64,000 nt of DNA, taken from the NCBI GenBank assembly GCA_963767925.1, contig CAVYGB010000008.1, positions 3,248,239 to 3,312,238 on the forward strand. Direction: 5' to 3'. This DNA comes from an uncultured delta proteobacterium. GTDB lineage: Bacteria; Myxococcota_A; Polyangia; Fen-1088. The notes beneath the pieces were generated by a model, which made no database searches, was not told the origin of the DNA, and was given only the letters and a program-made list of their open reading frames with translations. The position numbers and the translations under genes are program-made. Below are positions 58,111 to 64,000 of the stretch, piece by piece. Position 1 is the stretch's first letter. Each line of letters begins with the position of its first letter.

Positions 58111-59757
58111 ATGGACGTCGCGCATCGACAAAAGTTGGCCCTCATTGAAGGATTCCGTAAGCCGAGCGCCAGCCAGGCCCATGGGACCCATCAGTCCGCC
58201 TATCTGATCTGCCAGGCGCTTGCGCGGCACGGCCGATACACCGCCCTTGATGTCTATCAGGATCTGGACCGGCGGTCGCCGGCATTCGGCGACATCGCGC
58301 TGCCGCGGACCCCGCCTACCCGCCTCTTCGAAAAGCCGTTCCTGCATTCGTCGACGGAGCAATACGCCGCCATCTACGTGGCCAACGGGGATCGAATCCT
58401 CGCCTCTCCGTACGTGCTGCGACCGCGAAACGACTGGGCTCCGGTGATCTGCAGTGTCGGCACCGCACACGCCAACGGCCAGTGGGCGAACCTGTTGCTC
58501 TCGCTGGCCGGGGGTGCTGTCCGCAGCAGCGATGCCCTGATTTTCAAGTCCCAGGCCGCGGCCAACCTGTTTCGCGAGGTCTGGAACGGCTGGTGCGCGC
58601 GGCTGGGGCTCTCGCCCGCGTTTCCGGCGCTGAGCGCGGTGGTGCCCAACGGCGTCGACGTCCAGGCCAACCAGCGCTCGGAAAGCGCTGGTCGGGACAT
58701 GCGCCGGCGGCTGGGACTGGGCGAGGACGACGTCGTCTTCCTTTCGTTCAGCCGACTCGGACCGGGGACAAAGGGAGACCCCGAGGCTTTGATCGTCCGT
58801 TTTCGGGACGTCGTGGCCGCGCTTCCCCAGGCCTTGCTGTTGCTGAGCGGGGCCGCTGCCGACCGGCCGTACCTCGCCGACCTGAGGCAGCTGGCAAGGG
58901 CAGCGGCCGTCGCCCACCGGGTGTTGATCCTCGACAACCCCTTCGAGATCGCGCAGGACGCGCGAGGCGGCCTCATGTCGGCCGCCGACGTGTTCGTGCA
59001 CCTGAGTACCGGCGTCGAGGAGGCGTCCGCGCTGGTCGTGCACGAGGCGATGGCCCACGCGCTCCCGGTCATCGCCAGCGCTTGGGCAGGCATGCCGGAG
59101 GTAGTCACGCCCGGGGCGACCGGATTCCTGGTCGCAACTCGGGCGGCGCCGTTGCCCGGCCACGTCGCCGAAACCCTGTTCGGCCAGACCGACCGCACTC
59201 ACCTGGTCCACGCGAGCAAGGTCGTCAGCTGCGACTGGCCGGCCTTCGTGCAGGCGGCCCGCGCCCTGGGAAATGCGACCACCAGGCGGTCGATGGGCGT
59301 GGCGGCCAGGGCGCGCGCCGAAGCAGGCGACATCGGACACATGGCCGATCGCTATGTCGAGATCTTCGAACAAGCCGCGGCCGCCGCCGAAAAGGACTGG
59401 AGGAAGGGACCGGCCGCCTTTCGCCCTCTGGTGGATCTCAACACCGTGCTTCGCGCGCAGGCCAGTGGTGTGCTGCGGGCGAGCGACAAGGTCCGGCTGG
59501 GCGATCCAGGACTCGCTGGACTCCTGGCAGCTGGACTCTACCCGGAGTTCGCTGAACGTGTACAGCGGGTGATCGCAGGTTTCAGGGGTCGGGACCAGCT
59601 CACCATTGGCGAGGTCGCTCAGATTTCCGCATCCGGCCTGATCCCACCGGCGCACGACCCGTCCTGTGGAAGCCTTTCCGCCGAGGAAGCCGAGCTCGCC
59701 TTTTCATCCCGGTTTCTGGTGCGCCTGTTGAACTTTGGCGTCCTCGAGCTCACCTGA
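58111..59757 (+). CDS. Glycosyltransferase family 4
   Basis: VVPNGVD, FSRLGPGTKG, ADVFVH...EEASALVVHEAMAHALPVI, GMPEVV...TGFLV. Confidence 0.9.
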   Translation: MDVAHRQKLALIEGFRKPSASQAHGTHQSAYLICQALARHGRYTALDVYQDLDRRSPAFGDIALPRTPPTRLFEKPFLHSSTEQYAAIYVANGDRILASPYVLRPRNDWAPVICSVGTAHANGQWANLLLSLAGGAVRSSDALIFKSQAAANLFREVWNGWCARLGLSPAFPALSAVVPNGVDVQANQRSESAGRDMRRRLGLGEDDVVFLSFSRLGPGTKGDPEALIVRFRDVVAALPQALLLLSGAAADRPYLADLRQLARAAAVAHRVLILDNPFEIAQDARGGLMSAADVFVHLSTGVEEASALVVHEAMAHALPVIASAWAGMPEVVTPGATGFLVATRAAPLPGHVAETLFGQTDRTHLVHASKVVSCDWPAFVQAARALGNATTRRSMGVAARARAEAGDIGHMADRYVEIFEQAAAAAEKDWRKGPAAFRPLVDLNTVLRAQASGVLRASDKVRLGDPGLAGLLAAGLYPEFAERVQRVIAGFRGRDQLTIGEVAQISASGLIPPAHDPSCGSLSAEEAELAFSSRFLVRLLNFGVLELT

Positions 59758-60019
59758 TCTTCGCGCCGCCAGACGTTTGAGTCAGCCCGTTGTATGCGAA
59801 AAATGTCAGCAGCATGAGAGGTATTGCCAGCCAAAGCATGACCACGGCGTAGTGCGCGTACCGCTTTCCGCGCTCGGTGGTTGCGCGGAGCCACCCCAGC
59901 CCGAGAAAATCAGCGAACCAGGGCTGGCCCGGCCCGGCCTTTTCCTTGGCAGCGACCATGCGGCAGTAGGTCACTGCAGCTGACCACAACGCGAGAACGA
60001 CAACCAGCGTGACGATCAA
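59750..60019 (-). CDS. Small two-TM membrane protein
   Basis: Two hydrophobic segments; directly follows a truncated ORF. Confidence 0.5.
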   Translation of the reverse strand: MIVTLVVVLALWSAAVTYCRMVAAKEKAGPGQPWFADFLGLGWLRATTERGKRYAHYAVVMLWLAIPLMLLTFFAYNGLTQTSGGAKIR

Positions 60020-60032
60020 GGCGGAACCCTCA

Positions 60033-60289
60033 TCAGTTGAGCGACATTAACATGGCGTCGATCTCTTCTGGCGTCCTGGGCCCCGTCATGACCGCGGTGA
60101 CCTCGAGCTCCGAGGTCATGCCTACCATCACGCCCACACCCGCGCCGGGTGGCGACACGCTGTAAGTGGGAGGTCCTTCCAGGCCGTTGCTGCCAACGTT
60201 CAGGCTCACCCCGGCCGAGGCAAACCCGGCTTCGACCTCCTGTCCGAAGGAGACGCCGCCCATCTTGTCCACCCCCTGTGCAGAGTACA
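60033..60289 (-). pseudogene. Gly-rich C-terminal gene fragment cut by IS
   Basis: Open frame from the IS boundary to TGA; the ORF-track start lies inside the IS. Confidence 0.45.
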
Positions 60290-61905
60290 GGGTGTAGATC
60301 TCATATTTACATGAAATCATTCAGTAATTTGGCGTACGACGTCTCGCCCGGTGACAAAATGCCCGCCCGAGCGTGGGCGTAGTTGATGGGGCAGAGCCTG
60401 CCGGAGTACTTCGAGGTTGCTCAACAACAAAGCCCTCGGAGGATGCCCCAATGGCAGGTTCTCAAATCTCGGCCTCGGTCGCAAAGTCCCAATCAGCCCT
60501 GGAAGCCCTGCTGGAGTTCGTCGAGGAGCGGCGGCACGCCCGCGGTCCGGTGATGGACCTGGAGGAGTTCGAGCGCCAGGCGCGGCGGCGCTTCATGGCC
60601 GCCGAGGCCGAGTTCGTTGGCGAGGAACTGGCCCGCTTCGACGTCAACGTTCCGGTGGTCCAGATCGACGGCGTTGCGCACCGGCAGGTTCTGCGCTGCA
60701 CGCAGGCGTACATGACGGCCGCGGGGCCGGTGACCGTCGAGCGCTCGCTGTACTCGACCCGGCAAGACGGCGAACGGGCTGTCGCCGCGATGGAGCTGCG
60801 AGGCGGCGTAGTCGAGGGGTACTTCACGCCCCTGGCCGCGCAGCACGCGGCCTGGGCGGTGGCGCACCTGACACCGCAGGAAACCGAGACGATGTTCGCG
60901 CGGCTGGGCGGCATGAACCCGTCCAAGTCCAGCCTGGATCGGCTGCCCAAGGCGCTGTCTGCCTTCTGGGAAGAAGATCGGCCCGGGCTCGAGCAGCGCC
61001 TGCGCGCCGAGGAAAAGGTGCCCAAGGCGGCCGTAACCGTCGGAGTGTCTCTGGACGGTGTCCTGGTACCGATGAAGGACGGCCAGCGCCAAGAGAAGCT
61101 GGCCCGTACGCGCGCCACGGGGCGCGTGGCCAAGGGGCCGGCAGGGTACAGCGAAGCAAGCTGTGGAACGTTGACCCTGTACGACCAGGACGGCGAGCCG
61201 CTGAACACCGTGCGCGTCGCTCGTATGCCTGAGAAGGGCAAAGCGACCCTCAAGAAGCAGATCACCGACGAGCTCAAGGCGATGCTCGCGGAAAGGCCCG
61301 ATCTGCGCGTGGTCGCCATCGCCGACGGTGTGCAAGATAACTGGTCGTTCCTTTCCGAATTGCCATGCGGCAGGGCGGACGCTCAGATTCTGGATTTCTT
61401 CCACGCTGCCGAGCATTTGCACGACGCCATGGCGGCAGCCCACGGCGAGGCCAGCGCCAGGTGCGGCGAGGAGTTCCAGAAATACCGCCACATCCTCCGC
61501 CACGATACCGATGGCGTCGAGCGGGTGATCCGGCACCTGCGCTACCTACGCGACCAGCATCGGCGGCGCAGAAAGATTGCCAACGCCCTCAACTACTTCA
61601 GGCACCACCGCAAGCGCATGCGCTATGCCAGCTTCGCCCGCCGGAAAATGCCCATCGGGTCCGGGATCGTCGAGGCCGCGTGCAAAACCTTGGTCACCCA
61701 ACGCCTCAAGCGCTCGGGCATGCGATGGCGCCATGAAGGTGGGCAGGCGATCCTGACCCTGCGTTCTCTCGAGCAAAGCGGCCGCTTCGACCGCGCCTGG
61801 AAAATGCTCGCGGCCAGCTACCGTCACGACATTCAGCTCCCCAAGAACGTCGTCGACATCCGATCACGCCGCTCGAACTGATCCGTCACGATGAGACCTA
61901 CACCC
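60290..61905 (+). mobile_element. ISKra4-like insertion sequence
   Basis: 15-bp IR GGGTGTAG(A/G)TCTCAT at 60290-60304 and 61891-61905. Confidence 0.85.
60451..61881 (+). CDS. ISKra4-like transposase
   Basis: VSLDG, IADG, LDFFHAAEHL, PIGSGIVEAACK, RLKRSGMRW. Confidence 0.9.
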   Translation: MAGSQISASVAKSQSALEALLEFVEERRHARGPVMDLEEFERQARRRFMAAEAEFVGEELARFDVNVPVVQIDGVAHRQVLRCTQAYMTAAGPVTVERSLYSTRQDGERAVAAMELRGGVVEGYFTPLAAQHAAWAVAHLTPQETETMFARLGGMNPSKSSLDRLPKALSAFWEEDRPGLEQRLRAEEKVPKAAVTVGVSLDGVLVPMKDGQRQEKLARTRATGRVAKGPAGYSEASCGTLTLYDQDGEPLNTVRVARMPEKGKATLKKQITDELKAMLAERPDLRVVAIADGVQDNWSFLSELPCGRADAQILDFFHAAEHLHDAMAAAHGEASARCGEEFQKYRHILRHDTDGVERVIRHLRYLRDQHRRRRKIANALNYFRHHRKRMRYASFARRKMPIGSGIVEAACKTLVTQRLKRSGMRWRHEGGQAILTLRSLEQSGRFDRAWKMLAASYRHDIQLPKNVVDIRSRRSN

Positions 61906-61906
61906 A

Positions 61907-63070
61907 CACGACAACCCACATCTCGAAGAGCTGTCACGCTGCCAGTACGAGAACCTGACCAGCCATGCTGCCGCCGTGGGCCTGAAAACCGGATTCGGTC
62001 GCTCAATTCTCATTGCGCACTCCCAGCCGCAGGCCAGCTGCTTGCTGGAGCGCTTTTCCGGACGCGAGCTTGAAGATGTCACCCCTTCGCAGATTCCCCC
62101 GCTCGAGGATCTCGTCATCCCGTTGCTCGCCACCCGGCGCGCCCGGAGTGAACAGGAGCTCAGGGAGCTGTTGCTATCGACGTACACGGGCCGCGTGTAC
62201 TGGGCCGATACGCCACCCAATCGACGAACCGAGAAAACCGTCGCGGAAGCCCTGAAGGCGTGCACCGAGGCTGGGCTGGTGCGCGACGGCGGCAACGCTG
62301 GTGACCTGCGCGTATCGCGCCTGGGACGGATCGCGGCCGCCCGCTCCATGCGCGTCGCGACGGTGAAGTTCCTGGCCAGCTGGGCGAGGAAGCCTCGAGC
62401 GCATCCCCCTTCGGACCTGGAGTTGCTGGCGCTGGTCGGCCAGAGCGAGGATGGCGCCCGCGTCTTCATCTGCACCAGGCCCGACGAAGACCATCGGCGG
62501 GGTTACAAGATCGAGCTGCTGGTGCGGCTCAACAGCCTCGGTGTGCGGCCCGGCCATGCCATCTTCGGGCCGTGCATGGAGGAAGGCGCTGCGCTGGAGG
62601 ACGACGAAGTGCGGGCGGTCAAGAAGACCCTGGCGTTATCGGACTGGATTGACGAGTTCCCGACACGGGTGGTCGAGGACCGCTACGACGTCAAGGCAGG
62701 TTCGCTCGAACGCATCGGTCACGACTACGCCTGGCTGCTCGATGGCCTGGCAGAGCTGTGCGCCGCCTGCGGCTGGCCGCCGGCGGAAACCCGCCGCATC
62801 GAAGGCCTCGCGCGCCGGCTCCGCTTCGGGGTCAAGGAAGACGCGGTCGAGCTGATGAACCTGCAGGTGCAGGGAATTTCTCGAGCAGTGGTTCCTTCGC
62901 TGCGCGCGGCGGGAATCCTCGAACTGGAAGCGCTCGCCCGGTCCTCCGAGGAAGCCATACGGAGCGCCTTCGGTCGAGGAACCACCATCGCCGAGGGTCT
63001 CTTCCGACATCTGCACCACCAGCCAGAGCCGATGCCGCCCTCCAGGAGGCGGCCAGCCGCCGCCGTCTGA
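61907..63070 (+). pseudogene. C-terminal half of a Ski2/Hel308-like helicase
   Basis: GRSILI, winged-helix SRLGRIAA, LSDWIDE...YDVKAGSL...AWLL, RLRFGV, HhH VQGISR; 5' part removed at the IS boundary. Confidence 0.72.
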
Positions 63071-63135
63071 GCGTGCGCGTGTTTTTCTGAGGGGAGTTCG
63101 ATCGCGTAGTCTGAGGGGCGCGGGGAGTCGAGGAA

Positions 63136-63342
63136 TCAGAAGAGGGCGTCGTCTTCGCTGGGGGGCGGGCGCAGGGGCGGGATGGGCGCGGTCGTGAGGT
63201 CGCTCCGGACCTCGTTGATGGCTTCACGGTGGGCATCCCAGATGGCGTCGATGATGTTCTCGAGGATCTCTACGACGGTGAGGGCGGTGCGGCCGTCGAG
63301 TGGCGGCAGGATCACGTGAGCGCGTGGAGGGGGTGGGCTCAT
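63136..63342 (-). CDS. Small transposon accessory protein
   Basis: ATGA overlap with the ATPase; ends SEDDALF. Confidence 0.65.
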   Translation of the reverse strand: MSPPPPRAHVILPPLDGRTALTVVEILENIIDAIWDAHREAINEVRSDLTTAPIPPLRPPPSEDDALF

Positions 63343-64000
63343 CGCTTCTTCGCCTGCGCCGGCGGGCCTTCGGGACGCGCTGGCTGCTGGAAGGACTCGA
63401 GGAAGAGCTTCTCGTCGAGGCGAGGCAGGTCGCGGTCGGCGGCGATGGCGAGGAGCTCGTCGCCAAGGTTCATGAGCACGCGGTAGTTGCCGGCGGCGTG
63501 GTCGGCCAGGGTGGCCTTGAGCTCGGTGGTCATCAGGGTAGCGTTGCCGGCGGCATGCAGGAGGTGATCGAGGCAGGCGAGCAGCTCGTCGCGGGCGGCG
63601 TACTCGAGGACGAGACGACGCCGGATGCGGCTGCCCAAGGGCAGAAGCTCTGCCGAGCGGAGGCGCTCGACGAGGCGCGCGTCGCCAGCGAGCACGACGC
63701 AGAGGAGCTGACGGGAGTCGAGTTCCTTGCTGGCCAAGACGCGCAGCTCGATGAAGACAGAAGTCATTGTCTCCTGAGCCTCGTCAATCACCAGCACCGG
63801 ACGGCTGAGGGAGGAGACGATGTGGTCGGCCCAGCGGGCGCGCAAGGCTTTGAAGCCGCCCCCATGGGTTCTGCGACTGCGATGCGGACACCGAAGAGGT
63901 CGCCGAGCTCGCGATAGAAGTCCATGGTGCGCGACTGCGGATGTTCGATGGTGCCGACGACCACGTCGCGCATGGCGGCGTTTGGTGAGCAGACGCAGGG
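63339..64000 (-). CDS. ExeA-like AAA ATPase (partial, frameshifted near 63870)
   Basis: VLVIDEAQE, LCVVLAGD, PLGSRIRRR, AGNYRVL. Confidence 0.85.
   Translation of the reverse strand, partial: LRLLTKRRHARRGRRHHRTSAVAHHGLLSRARRPLRCPHRSRRTHGGGFKALRARWADHIVSSLSRPVLVIDEAQETMTSVFIELRVLASKELDSRQLLCVVLAGDARLVERLRSAELLPLGSRIRRRLVLEYAARDELLACLDHLLHAAGNATLMTTELKATLADHAAGNYRVLMNLGDELLAIAADRDLPRLDEKLFLESFQQPARPEGPPAQAKKR

Larger units (their letters stand above)
63080..64000 (-). mobile_element. End of a second Mu-like DDE/AAA element (continues beyond the window)
   Basis: TGT terminus at 63080 with TCTGAGGGG repeated at 63086 and 63110; AAA gene plus small gene, as in 40441-43974. Confidence 0.65.

Overview
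Very GC-rich bacterial DNA, probably Myxococcota (many Ser/Thr kinases, a MYXO-CTERM-like tail, an atypical Hsp70, an extended ECF sigma). Bases 1-39.1 kb look like core chromosome: kinase, zwf, LacI regulator, lolA, ftsK, several sensor kinases, an NtrC-type regulator, exbB/exbD, a cytokinin-dehydrogenase-like oxidoreductase, LysR with a short leuA, and an Hsp70/J-protein/kinase/lipoprotein cluster. Many of these genes carry single-base frameshifts that look like assembly errors. A tRNA-Val(TAC) at 39160-39234 opens an accessory region that runs to the window end. The main observation is a tRNA-anchored array. A tyrosine integrase lies next to the tRNA, the tRNA 3' end recurs exactly at 46916 and 52304, and a conserved arm-site/hairpin element recurs four times (46778, ~48392, 49481, 52168). 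These repeats delimit 1-3 kb cassettes carrying toxin-antitoxin pairs, ArsR-SRPBCC modules and small genes, which suggests tandem accretion or an integron-like platform. The island also holds a probable remnant of an RT-nitrilase (DRT1/UG1-like) defence gene, two Mu-like DDE+AAA elements, an IS3 remnant, an IS66, an ISKra4-like element and several truncated genes. All family names come from motif recognition by eye; no searches were run.
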